This document shows positions 11,430 to 24,009 of a DNA stretch of 64,000 nt, in pieces. Source of the stretch: Vitrella brassicaformis CCMP3155 (lineage: Eukaryota > Protista > Chromerida); NCBI GenBank assembly GCA_001179505.1, contig CDMY01000307.1, forward strand, positions 1 to 64,000, given 5' to 3'. The translations under genes were made by a program, and so were the position numbers. The notes under the pieces are model-generated. The model saw only the letters and a list, made by a program, of their open reading frames with translations. It had not been told where the DNA came from and searched no databases. The stretch's first letter is position 1. Each line of letters starts with the position of its first letter.

Positions 11430-14400
11430 AATGCCGTCTTTCTCATTTGGTTATGGATGTGATTTGCCGAGCTCACCTTGCTCTCCAGATGCGTATCGAT
11501 TTGGAGCCTGCGGATGAGAATCAGGAAGTGCAAGCTGCCATGCATGAGATTGGGGGCTATTTGGAACGCCCTCAGTCTCAGACTGCGAATGATTTCGGGC
11601 GGCTGATACCTTCCCAACTAACAGGATCATGATGATGCGGGGGCAAGGGGGCGATGTGCACACTCTCAGCCAGAACGCGGCACCGCCAGTCTCGCTGGCC
11701 ATGACCAGACCGACATTCCCTATCGAGCAGGAGGACGTACTCCCACACGCACACACGACAGGGGCACACCAGATGGGGAGATGTGTGTGCCTTTGTGTGG
11801 ACAGGTGAGCGATTTGTTGCCCGAGGGGACGAGCACCCGCTGCTGTGCGTCGCCGAGCAGCTGCTGCACTTGGGGTGAGTGAGCAAGGGCATGGAGCCCC
11901 GTACTTCAACATGGTGGATGAAGACGTGTGGCACTGTGTGTCGGATGTGCAGGCCAGCCGTCGTCATCGGATCAGCAGCCGCAGCCGGGAGGGGCCGGAG
12001 GGCTGAGGGGGATGATGCATGTGCCACTGCGCCAACAGCCAAGTACACACCCGTGGCTAAAGTAACGGCTAGATGGATGGATGTGTGTGTGTGTGTGTGG
12101 ATGGTACGCACAGACGACGACGGTCTATACGAGCTTCTCGGCTCGGGTATGTTTGCATGTGGGCATCGATCTGTGTTTGTGTGTGTGGACGAGAATGTGT
12201 TCGGCTGTGTGTGTGTGTGTGTGTGTGCAGGGTCATCGGCTCTCTCGTCGTTCAGGGAAGGACCACCTCCTCCAATGCACGTGGTCAGTAAGTACCTAAT
12301 ATGTAGCTGTGCATGGGCATGATGGACACATTTCCTTCTGTCTCTCCCTCCCTGTGTGTTTGTTGATGGCTGAGCAGAGGCCTCCTCGTGCTGCCGCTGT
12401 TCCTCCCCTTCCCCCTCAGATGCACCAAATGGTGCATCTTTACGGTCCGTCGGCACAATCAGCCGATAACTCAGAGCGACACACACGTGAAATCAATCGC
12501 ACGGTGCATTCGGTTGCAATGCAGGCCCGCCCCCCTCTCCCCTGCCCTTCCCACATCCGGTGCACGGACAGCTACTCACCCATTACGCCTCCACCCCTCC
12601 GCCCCATCCTCAGTTTCATCCGCCCATGAAGCGGAAAACCGGCGCACGTACGCATGTTAGCTCCACTAATGGCAGAGTGTGCGTGTGGGTGTGGTGTGGT
12701 GTGGGCAGCGCCATTGCCGCATCCCCGGGTGCGCAGGACGCAGAGCAGAGGAATGAGCGAGGAAGACACTAAGGGGGCGGACAAGGTGGGTGCTTCTGGG
12801 TATACGTACACAGAGAGAGACACACGGATAGCTATCCATCCATCTGTCTGTCTGTCTGTCTGTCTGTGTGTGTGTGTCTGTCTCTGTGTGTGTGTGTGTG
12901 TCCACAGGAGAGGAGAGACACTGCAGCTGTGATATCTGCAAGAGAAAGGCCGGAGAGAGAGGGGGAAGAAATGCAGGAGGAAGTCAGCCATATGCCTGCA
13001 CACGTACGGACACGGACACGGACACACCCAGACACACACTCACACCTTCACCGTGTCCGTACGCATGGCATGCATGGCATGCACATTTCTGCACCTGTAT
13101 GTGTATATGTGCAGCCCCCGCCTCCCAGCAGGAGGCTGTCGTCCATCGAGCACATGCGCGTCTCGTCCATCATACTCGACGCAATCGCACAGGAAGTACA
13201 CACACCCACCCACCCTCACCACCACCCCTCCACACACACACGTATGTGCGTGTGCACTCACTATACAGGTGGCCATCCCGCCTCCCATTTTGCGGCCAAC
13301 ACAGGAGCAGACACACGTATGTATCTTCTTGTGTGTGCAGAAAGTCCCTCAATACGTCAGTCCCTCGTGTTGCGTGCAGGCAGGAAAACGCGAAATAGAG
13401 GAGCAACAGGAGGAGCAGCAGCAGCCAGAACTGGTGCGTGTGTGTGCGTGTGTGTCTCGTGGAGAGACGGAGACCCTGTTTACGCGTGTGCAGAGAACGG
13501 AGCTTCCATTGCTGCCACCCTCTCCCGCCCCAAAACAGCCGCTCACACGTGTTTCCTACCACCCGTACACACACAAACAGATGGCCATGGTGACCATACA
13601 CACACCCCTACCTACACATAGACACAGATGTGTGTGTGTGTGTGTTCAGTCGAGGAGTTCCCCGTCTGTGCGTGTGTCTGAGTCTCGGTCGCGAGCTGAG
13701 CTTGAGCAGCGGCAGCTGCTGAGAGCAGCCAGCATGCCTTGCACCCCCAGGTCTGCACACCTCCCACCGCCCCCAACACACACTCACTCACTCACTCACA
13801 CACAAAGATGGCTCTGTGTGTCGATCGGCCTCTCTGTGTGCGTACGTGAATGTGCAGGGGGCCGCCGCTGTCGCGACCGGCAAGCCCACCCAGGTGATTG
13901 CGCGTGCGGTGATGGGGTAATTACACACATATGTGGGTTTGTGTGTCGTGTGCAGGGTTGCTGCAGAGGTCAGCAAGAAGAGCGCCCCCATGAGCGAACG
14001 CATTCAGGTACCTTTTTCGCATACACACTCTGTACCTACCGATGCCTCTCTGTCTGTCTGTCTGTCTGAATGACTGGAGGACTGGGGCGATCTGATGGAC
14101 CTCTTGCTCGACGGCAAGAGAGGACAAGGTGGGTCCGCCTGCCTGCACGTCTGTCTGTCTGTGTGTCGTGTGTCTGTCTGTATGCTTCCTTGTGCCTTCA
14201 TGTGTGTGTGCAGGTGTGTACCGTCAGTTCACTGCCAGTGGGGTGGGCAGGGGAGGGGGCGGCCCTGCCCTAAGCAGCCAGGTCAGTCAGCCGCTCTCTC
14301 CCACACCCTCACTCACGTCAACACACAGAGAGAGACATGGAGGGAGGTGTGGATGCGAGTCGAGTGCAGGTGTCTCAGCTGGCGAGGAAGCGCACCTTTG

Positions 14401-15982
14401 GCCTCCCTGCACACAAGGAAGAGTGCATCAACATGATTCTGGTTGGCACCTACACCCACACAAACAAGCCCATGCATGACGGCTGGCTGCAGCAGCCAGC
14501 CTTTATTGTGTCCTCGTTCACACGTGCAGGCTCTGCAGGCGCGAGTGCAGGCAGCCGAGATGCAGTCGGCCGAATGCGGCGAGAGAGAGGTAGATTGCCA
14601 CCCTTTAGCTCCACACAGACACAGACACAGACACTTATGCGCAGCCCTCGACGTGTGTGTGTGTGTGCGTAGGCGGCATTGCGGCGCAGCTACGCCTCTT
14701 TGCAAGTGAGCACACACCCTCGGACACACACATGAGTGCTGGGTCAGCCAATTTCTCCGTCTTGACGTTGGTGTGTGTCTGTCTGCCTTTGTGTGCCTTA
14801 GAACGAGCTGTTCAGCTTGCGAGTACAGATGGGGGGTCGCCCAGAGACAAAGGAAGAGCAGACGCAGTGCGAGTAGGGACAACGCATGTGTGTGTGCGTG
14901 TGTGTGTGTCTGTGTGTGTGTGGATGCTCACATAGGCTTCTGAGAGAGGGAGGGCTAGGGCTGTCTGTCTGTGTGTGTGTGTGTGCAGGTGTGTTGTGGA
15001 CACACGAGAGACGCAGACCTCTGAGGAGCAGACGATCCTCCCATTGACAACCACAGATGGGTACCCACACAGAGCCCTCACGCATCACAATGCGTGTGTG
15101 TATCCATGTGTGTGTGAGCATAGGTGCGCACAGACAGAAGGTGTCCCCGCCACCACACACGAGCAGAAGACACAGACCGACTCGTAAGGAAAGAACTGCC
15201 AATCTCCATCCATCCATCCATCCACTCGACAGAGTGGCGCGCATCGACGGACACGCGCAGACCCACACCACGTACGGCCAACCACCCTCCCTCCCTCCCT
15301 CCCTCCCTCCCACACACACACACATGGTGACATTGTGTGTGTGTATGTGTGTGTGCAGAGACACCTGTGCGCAAGACACGCAGACAGAGTTGTGTGCCAC
15401 ACACAAGAGGGAGACACAGACGATCCCAACACAGAAGAAGAGGTAGGTACGCTCACACACACACACACACACACACACATGTATATGCGTGTCTGTCTGT
15501 GTGTGTCATTGTCGTGTGTGCAGGCCGCCTTCTCTCGTGCACACGCACACACAGACAGCGACGTTACCAATACGACTGCCCATGTGTAAGCGAGTGACAG
15601 AAAAAGTTAATTAAAGCCAGCACACGAGAGAGAGCTGTGTCCTTGTGTGGACACGCAGCGAGCAGCGCATCGATGCGGCACGTGCACCGATGCTCGCAGA
15701 CGGACGACACACAGCAGACAGAGGGCCAGAGAAGGCCACCAGAACGGGCACACAGGCACGTCGGCACACACACATGATATGGACGCACACTCATACTTTT
15801 TTCGTATGTGCGTGTGCAGGTGTGTGCAGACAGACGAGCAGCAGCTGATGGCGCTCGCGTCAGTGGACAGGGCAGTCCGCGAGGCGTATGAGCGATACAG
15901 ACCCTTCTTCGACGCACTCACCACCCACACACAGCCGGACGGTACACTCTGACTTCTCCTGCACACCGACCGAATGCATGTG

Positions 15983-16015
<33 letters not shown>

Positions 16016-17114
16016 TGTAGACATCAGTACAGCCACACAGCTGGTCGACAGGCTGCAGAAAGAGGTCGCCCTCCGGCTCCCACCACACACGCATCCATGC
16101 CGTCACGTGTGCCTCCATCCATCCATCCATTAGGTGTGTCTGTCCCTCTGTGCAGGTGCGAAAACAGCGGCTGACGATCCAGCTGCTCAACGACCGCATC
16201 CGGCTGCGGGATGGACACACTTCTTTCGACAAAGTAAGCGAGCGACCTGACGCCACGCCCGGTGCTGTGTGTGCCTTAAGCTTGCGTGTCGATCGGCAAG
16301 AGAGAGAGGATGTGATGTGTGTGGTGTGCAAGCAGGTGCTGGAGGCCCGTCTGCACATGCAGGTACGCAATGGGCGGACGCAGGGCCCTGCTCAGCTGCT
16401 TCAAAGCTATCTGTGTGTTCGTGCGTGTGTGAAGGAGGAGAGAATCGCCGAGTTGACGCAGGAGCTGGCCGGCGCACTACCACCACCGTACCTTCACACA
16501 CACATGGAGAAAGACATCGATGATTTGTCACGTTTCTGTTTGTCGACACAAAGGCCTCTGGCCGCTGAGCAGCCGGCGGACAAGAGCGCTCTGCAGGTAC
16601 GCAGCGCAGGTGTCTCTCTCTGCTCTTTGGACGTGCCTGCCTGGTGTGTGTGTATTTCTTTCTGCGCATATGCTATGCAGCTGCGAAATGAGCTCTCAAT
16701 CGTGCAGTCCTCTCTGCTGGACGCGCAGCACAAGTAAGCTAAGCAACTTTCTGTCTGTCTGTCCGTGTCCTCTGTGTCTGCAGGAGTCATTCATTCACTC
16801 TCTCTCTCTCCCTGTGTGTGTGTGTGTGTCTCTTCAGGATATGCACACTAGAGCAGGAGAAACAGAGCCTGTCCACACAGCTGCGCAACAAGTGCACGCA
16901 GATGGCCAGAATGAAGAACCAATGCGCTCAGAAGGTGCACACGTTGCCTCTCACTCCACTCAAATCCATCCATCCATCCATCCGCGTGTGTGCAGATGCG
17001 TGAGCGGTCGCTCACACAGCAGGAGGGTCCGTACAGTCGCTGCAAGTGGGGGTGTGAGGATATGCACCGCATTCATTCCGTCCACACCATGCGTGAGTGC
17101 ACACTCATAGCCAT

Positions 17115-17150
<36 letters not shown>

Positions 17151-17481
17151 TTCTGCGTGCGTCTGTGAGTGTGTGTGTGTGCAGCGAATGTGATGCGATC
17201 GCTGCGGGCGTTCATGAGCGAGTACCGACCTGGTGAGCAAACATAAAGACAGCCAGTCGTCTTACTTTCTTTGTGTGTGTCTGTGTGCGGAAACAAACAG
17301 GTGTTGGAGACCACGTACGCCACCAAACACACACACATACACACACACACATTGCATGCGTGTCTCCATCTGACTGTGTCTCTGTCCGTCTGTGTGTGTG
17401 CGTTAGAAACCGGTGGCTTTGCACGCGCAGCGATGCACAGAAGACGTAAGTACGAGGACACATTCTATGGCATGGATAACA

Positions 17482-17515
<34 letters not shown>

Positions 17516-17640
17516 CGTCACATTTCCAAATGCCTGCAGGTGCCCCCGACCGCCAGGCCGTGTCATTCGACCGCTAGCCACCTGTCTGTCTGTCTACACC
17601 ACTAGACACCAAGAAGAGGAAGATGCGTCAATGCGTCAGT
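11430..17640 (+). CDS. Large hypothetical protein: disordered N-half with TQT motifs, coiled-coil C-half
   Basis: Many short GT-AG-bounded exons, e.g. VQALQARVQAAEMQ, LVDRLQKEVALR, LRNELSIVQSSLLDAQHK, LEQEKQSLSTQLRNKCTQMARMK (heptad-like). Both ends approximate. Confidence 0.55.
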
Positions 17641-17705
17641 GAGTCCATCCACGACATGAAGGTCCATGCAATGAGTCCACACATCTCTTTGTCCTATACC
17701 TCTCT

Positions 17706-17969
17706 CTACCATAAGACCAGCACACACGCCGCCACAGCAGCGGCGACCGACAAACTGAGCAGCAAGTGCATGCAGGCGCTCACCAGACCCCTCAGCCCAT
17801 TGCTGCCACGTGCATTGGCGTCTCTTGCGTCCATCAGCGAGGCCGCGTACTGCCCCACAGCACCCACAACCGACAGCAGCAGCACAGACAGCACCGCACC
17901 TCCGCGAAGATGCGCTGATCTCTCTGCGCGAGACGGCTCTGGTGTTGTTGCTGCTGGAGGCCTGCGACA

Positions 17970-18001
<32 letters not shown>

Positions 18002-20218
18002 AAGAGAGAGACATCCATCCACCAATCCACACACACACGCACACACGCCCGTCCATCAGACTCACCCATTGGGAGCAGCCACAAGCATAAAATCCCGTAT
18101 ATCAAGGTCGTCAGGCGACTCCAGACCCTCCAGCACCATTCGGTGTGCGCCGTCCTGGGTGCTGATGACGACACTGCCTGCTTGGATGTTGAGCTGGCTG
18201 AGCGACGAGATGTGGAAGGCCCGCATGTCCAGCTGATCCTCGCCGGGGGTGAAGTCGCTTATGGTGGATGTGCCGGCTTGGGTGGAGAGGACGAAGAGAT
18301 CGCTGCCCGCTCCCCCTGGTCGGGAGACACGCACACACAATATGTGCACCTGCATGTGTCTCTTCGTCTCTCTCTCTGTCTCTCTCTCTCTTTGTGTGTT
18401 TGTATACCGGTGAGCGTGTCATTGCCCCCTCCCCCATCTACACACACACACAAACAGAGAGAGAGAAACCGGAAGAGACACATGTCGACACACACACATA
18501 TGCTGTCTCTCTCAGATCACCAAGAATGTCGGTCCCGTCCCCTCCGTCCAGCACATTCGCCGCCGTGCTCCCCAAAATCTCGTCAGCCCTCCCTGTCCCC
18601 CTCACATTCTGCACTGCCGAAACAGCCGACAGCTTTATCAACTGCCCCTGCCCTCCACTGCCGCCACTGCCATTGTCTTCATCCTCCGTGTCACACACGA
18701 GCATGGATACCCCTGTCTCTGTGTCGGTTTCATTTCTGCATGTGGGTGGGATGTGCTCGGACTTTGTGCGCAAAGCCGCGAATGCGGCTTGTATGTCGTC
18801 CCATGGTGCGCGGGGGGGCGGGGGTGTGGGCGGGGTGTCGTCCTTGTCCGATGGTGGGGGGGATGTGCTGATTGTTGGAGGAGAGGTGTCGGTTTCAGAG
18901 TCAGGGAGGGGGGATGGGCTGCATGTCATGACACACACACATGCACGCCTGCAAGTATGGAAGAGACTCTCTGTGTATGTGCGAATGTGTGCTTACGTCA
19001 GAGAAGGAGACGGAGAGGGAGACACAGAGACACTGACGACATACAAAGAAGGAGACATACAGACACACACACACACGCGCATACGTACCTCTCGGTCTCA
19101 GTTGGCTCCTCTGTGCTGCTGGCTGCCTCGGTCTCTGATGAAGGTGGGATCGTGTCTCCTGTTGGAGGCGTCTTCCTGCCCATCGCACACGCACGCACCA
19201 GATGCAAGCAGGCACGTGTGGACGTACGTGGTGCTTGTGGTGGTGGTGGTGCTGGTTGCAGCTGAGAGAGACACACGGCCAGACCAGACATGAGACCGAA
19301 GGCGAGCTTTCCATTCTCCTCACTTGTTGGCGGCTGTTGGTTGGAGGGGTTGAATGACACCTGCACACACGTACACACTGACCTTGCGCCGCGTCGCGTC
19401 ATTCACATGGCCTATGACCATGCGCACGTACAGTGATAGTGCTCATCCTCTGCCAGTTCGACTTCGTCTGTGCTATCACGGCCTGCATACACACACACAC
19501 ACACACAGACGTCCACACACAGATTTCGCCGTGCGTATACACATGTCATGTCACGTGCCTCGAAAGTGACGCTGCCGGCAGTCTCCTCCACATTATACCA
19601 CTTGATGCCCTCCGGCATGTCCTTGTCCACGCTATCTGTCCAACGGGGAAGGCACTCAGAGGGGGAGAGAGAGAGAGTGTCGTGCCGGCATGAGTACCTC
19701 TGTGTGTCAAGAAAGGCCCCGATCCAGGGCCGCAGTTCATTTCCTGCAGAACACTGTTGCCAGGCCTTATCCACCCGCCCCTGCTTGCCTATCAACACAC
19801 ACGCATACCCACACTGTGTCTGCGTGTGCAACAGACGAATGCACGGCTGACCTTGAGGCTCATGCCCTGGAATTGATAGCCACTGAGCGTTACACTAGCC
19901 GTCATCTCATCGTCCTTCGTCACCGACCTGCACAGGCAGCGCCATACATACGGATGTCACTGACTCAATGCGGACGCGCCGAATTCTGCCGCGGCATTTC
20001 ATACCAGGAGTAACCTCTATTCGCGTTTGAACCGTGTCCAGGCGTCACTACGCCGCACTGCACGCGGCGTGGACATGCGCACGCAAAGCGCTGCTTGCTC
20101 TTACCTGTTCCTCCTACTCAGTGCTTACCGGTGCGCCAGAAGCCAATCCCTCACTCATGCGGCCGCCGAAGAGCACGCAGATGACCACAAGGAGCAGCAC
20201 CAAGCTGTCCACGCGCAT
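17706..20218 (-). CDS. Secreted/surface protein with RTX-type Ca-binding nonapeptide repeats, serralysin-like tail and hydrophobic C-terminus
   Basis: Signal peptide MRVDSLVLLLVVICVLFGG and a Pro/Ser/Thr-rich linker. Spliced repeats [45 protein letters not shown], then STISDFTPGEDQLDMRAF. Ends in hydrophobic LLLSLSVAAAVAACVLVLW*. Confidence 0.85.
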
Positions 20219-20889
20219 TTTTTTTCTGGGGGCCGGTGGGGGTGGTCGAGAAAACGACAAAACGACAAAAGCCAGTCTCATGTGTGGGATGTGTGCGGGA
20301 GAACCTTTGCGTCGTGCCCTCTTTCCCGCACGACTCGGCGGTATTCTGCCATGCACACGCCGGTTGCTGCTGCAGTGGATCTGAGCTCATGTGTACTTCA
20401 TTTCAGGGTCGTCAGTGTCTCCTCATCGTGATGTCAACGACACAGTTAACGGTACAAAAAGAGGACAAACACTTGTTCACGCGCTACTGCATGGGCATCC
20501 CCATCCCGCATCCGTGGCAAGACACTGATAAGCGAATGCACATATACATATAGGGAGGAGAAATGCCGGCCGACCCGCCACCCAGCCGCCCTGCGTCGAG
20601 TGATACATACATGTATTTTGCATGTACGCTGCGGCAAAACATACAAATTCCTGGTGCGCTACACATCTATAGAATGATCCCAAATAGAGCCAAGGAAATA
20701 GAGAGCTCAAGCACATCATCGCAACAGCGCAACACATAGAAAAAGAGACACCTTTTCGGACGCCTCCATCCTTCTACTCTTCCCACGTGCACACATGCCC
20801 AGGGCCATCTGTCTGGTGCTTGCTTTGGGCACCAGACACACAGGTAGGCAAGCGCTATCCACCCAACCACCGACCAGTGTATACGCTCA

Positions 20890-21454
20890 TCAGATGGTCC
20901 TGTCCTCGATTAGGAGGAGCAGAGCATTGAAGAATCCCTCGATCCGCACCAGCGTCTCCCTCTGCTCGGGGGTCAGCTCATCCAGTTGCAGTAGCTCATC
21001 CACACCAGCCAGTATGTCGGTGATGAACTCAGACACACTGTCCAGGACGCCCTCATCAGGCTCGCCGTCGCCCTGCTCCGGCGTGCTTTTTGCGTGCTGC
21101 TTCATGCGGGTCTCCTCCTCACCGACCGCCTTGTGGTCGCCCTTAAGGGCCTTGATCGTCGCGAAAGCATCCCTGAGGGCCGTGGCTGCCTTCACCGTCG
21201 GCTGCTCGAGCCCCGCTGATACACACAGAAAAAGGCGCACGAAACCCATGGCATCCGTGTGTGTGTGTCTGTGTGGGAGGGGAGGGGGGAGGGGAGAGGG
21301 GAGGCTTACCCTTGTCTGCTTTCTTTTCGATTTTCTCGAGGATTTCTCCCAGCTGCTGCTTCAGGGCGTCATGACGGGAGCCCGGCGCGGCGGCGACGAG
21401 TGGCGCCAGAACGAGGGTGGTAACCAGCGAAAGCGTGAAAATGACGCTCGTCAT
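20890..21454 (-). CDS. Small secreted amphipathic-helix protein A (2 exons)
   Basis: Signal peptide MTSVIFTLSLVTTLVLAPLVAAA; phase-1 intron after KIEKKADK; clean second exon ending ...IEGFFNALLLLIEDRTI*. Confidence 0.8.
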
Positions 21455-21471
21455 GGCTGTAAAAAAACTCG

Positions 21472-21527
21472 AAATGCGCCGTTTTCAGCCGTTGAAATCC
21501 AAATGCGCCGTTTTCAGCCGTTGAAAT
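21472..21527. promoter_or_regulatory. 27-bp direct repeat x2 (period 29) in a 213-bp bidirectional intergenic region
   Basis: AAATGCGCCGTTTTCAGCCGTTGAAAT at 21472-21498 and 21501-21527, between divergent ATGs at 21454 and 21668. Regulatory role is inferred. Confidence 0.55.
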
Positions 21528-21667
21528 TCTGTACGCCGTGCATCCGGCCGTTGGGTCACGTACACGTACAAGACAGAAGCAGACGGACCTGCCTATCCAT
21601 TTTCCAAAACAGGCCACCAGCTCCTCTCCCGTACTCCACATATATATATTTTCAGTACACGAACGCC

Positions 21668-22305
21668 ATGGCTGCCCTCCTCTTCCTTCTCGTCGCCTCC
21701 GCCCTCCTCCTCGCGCCGCCCTCTGCAGCCGGCGCGGATGTCACAGCCGCCCCGGAGGTCGCCGATTCCTCGTCGCCGGACCTTGCCGGGGCCCTGGGCG
21801 AGCAGCTGGAGAGCTTCCTCAACCGAATGGAGAAGAAGATCGGTACGGCAGGGACACGTGCACTTACGCAGATAAGCTTAAGATGAAGCGGCACCCTCTG
21901 TGTCTCTGTGTGTCTGTTTGTGTGCCGTCGTGTGTCTGTGTGTCTGTGTCTGCAGGAAATGTCTCTCCTATGGTTACTGATGACGGCAAGACGCCCGCCG
22001 AGAAGATCAAGGCGGCTCTGAAGCACATCGAGGCCGTCAAGACCACAGCCGCTGCCGCCACCGCACCGAAGAAGGCTGACGAGCCCCACAAGCCAATTGT
22101 GGAAGAAGCTGAGCTGACAGTCATCATCACCATGATTGAGCAGCTGATTAAAGAGATCGAATCCTTTCTGAACGCCCTATTTCTGAAGGCCGAGCGGGGT
22201 GAACGAGAGGGTCTCGAGGGTCTCGAGAGTCTCGGCGTCCTCTTCTACACTCTGCTCACGTATTTGGAGCCCTTCCTGGTCACCCTGGCTGACATCTTCC
22301 TCTGA
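21668..22305 (+). CDS. Small secreted amphipathic-helix protein B (2 exons), paralog of A
   Basis: Signal peptide MAALLFLLVASALLLAPPSAAG; phase-1 intron after RMEKKI; ends ...LGVLFYTLLTYLEPFLVTLADIFL*. Confidence 0.8.
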
Positions 22306-22749
22306 GTCTGAAGCCGCTGGCTGAAGCCGTGCTGTGTGTGTGAGCCGGGGGATAGGGGGAGAGAAATGGGGGGCGGGTCACAGTGCGTAGTACATGTGTG
22401 TGGATGGCGTAATATCAACTTTCAGCAGCGGTGCGATGGCGTCAAAATGGAGCGTCCATCCATGTAGTTTGTGCTGCCGTCTGTCTGTGCGTGCCTTGAT
22501 GCTGACGTACGTGAAAGAGTCTTCATCAGGTCCTCTCAGATGCGTGTTCGTGTGTGTGGGGAGGTTTTGTGTGGCTCCCTCTCCACGACCGCTGGCATTT
22601 GGTGTATACCGTCTCTTAGAACGATAGACGATGAGTAGAGGATGAGTAGCCAACAGCAGCCGACTCACTGACCCGCACGTACACGGACGAGGGGAAGGGA
22701 GAGAGAAGGGATGACTGCAGGCGTTGACTGATGAGTGTGTGGATGGACG

Positions 22750-24009
22750 GATTCATGGGATCGATACGTGAAGGTGTTGCAGTTGCGTGTTGGTCCCCCA
22801 AATGCGCAAATCAACTTCCCGCTCGATAAGAAAATGAGCCTTGGCATGCTGCTGGCCCTGTTGTGCATTTGCCTATGGCATCTGTGTGTGCTTTGCAGCA
22901 TGGGTACATCCACAAGGTGAGGGCCGGCAAGGTCGTCCCCCGCAGTGACTGCAGGTCACACACTGCACACTGGATGAATGGATGGATAAATGGAGTGGCG
23001 TGTCTGTCTGTCTGTCTATGTGTGTGTGTGTGCGTGTGTGTGTGTGCAGGCAGGTCACGTCGTTGTCTCCGAGAGGAACTTCGTCTCCAAGTGTGAAGCC
23101 TGGCGGACGCCTGCACCGCACATTCAGACATGAACACAGCAACGCACCGGCGATGGATGTGTGTGTGTGTCCATGTGTGGTCTGTCTGATCTGATCTTGT
23201 GCAGGGTTGTCTGGCGTTGGCCTTGTTCGAGGCACCTCCCCTCTCGCTCGCCACCCTCACCTCACCCGAGGCCCTCCAGAAATTCGACAGAATCCTCACA
23301 CAGCCGCTGCACCAACAGCAGCCATCGACAGCACCACCACTACCAGCGGCAGCAGCTGGGGACACCACTCAGCAGCAGCAGCAGCAGCAAGGTTCATCGG
23401 CAGACCAGCAGAGGGCGGCGCAGGGCCAGGCCGCTGCGGCCAAGCCGAAGCCGAAGCCAAAGGTTAAGACCAAGCTGAGGCGGTTCATCTGTGGCGGAGA
23501 GGACGGCATGATGCCATGCCGCCGTTGCCCACCAGCCTTAAGAAAGAGGTACGTGGGCGGCTGACTGGCTGGGTGCCACTAAATATAGAGTCATGTAGGG
23601 ACGGCATGAGTGTGTGGCGTATGTCTTGTGTGTGTGTGTGTGTATGTGGTTTCAGTCTGATAACGCTAGGGAGGTTGCGGAGCTTCAGCAGGCCAACGCC
23701 TCCCTCGACCAGCAGCTGCTGGTGCTTCAGCAATCTGCCGGTACGCTACGCGGGGTGGGCTGTCCAGCCAGCACAGCACAGCATAGCATAGTAGATAGAA
23801 ACTGTACCTCTCTTTCTCTCTGTGTCTGTGTTGTGTCGATGTGTGTGCTTGAAGGGGAGTTGCGTGACACCATTGAGTGCCGTCTTCGGTCGGCGGTGGG
23901 CGGGGAGCTGACGCGACAGGGGGCGGCGGTGGCGATGGGCGGAATGGGTCGTGGAGAGGGCCACGGGGGGGCAGATGACCAGGTCAGGCTGACGAATGGC
24001 GTCGGCTGA
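22750..24009 (+). CDS. Hypothetical protein (Q/A-rich, short coiled coil)
   Basis: GT-AG-bounded coding-like exons (LALALFEAPPLSLATL...QQQQQQQ...KPKPKPK; EVAELQQANASLDQQLLVLQQ). Start not resolved. Confidence 0.45.
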
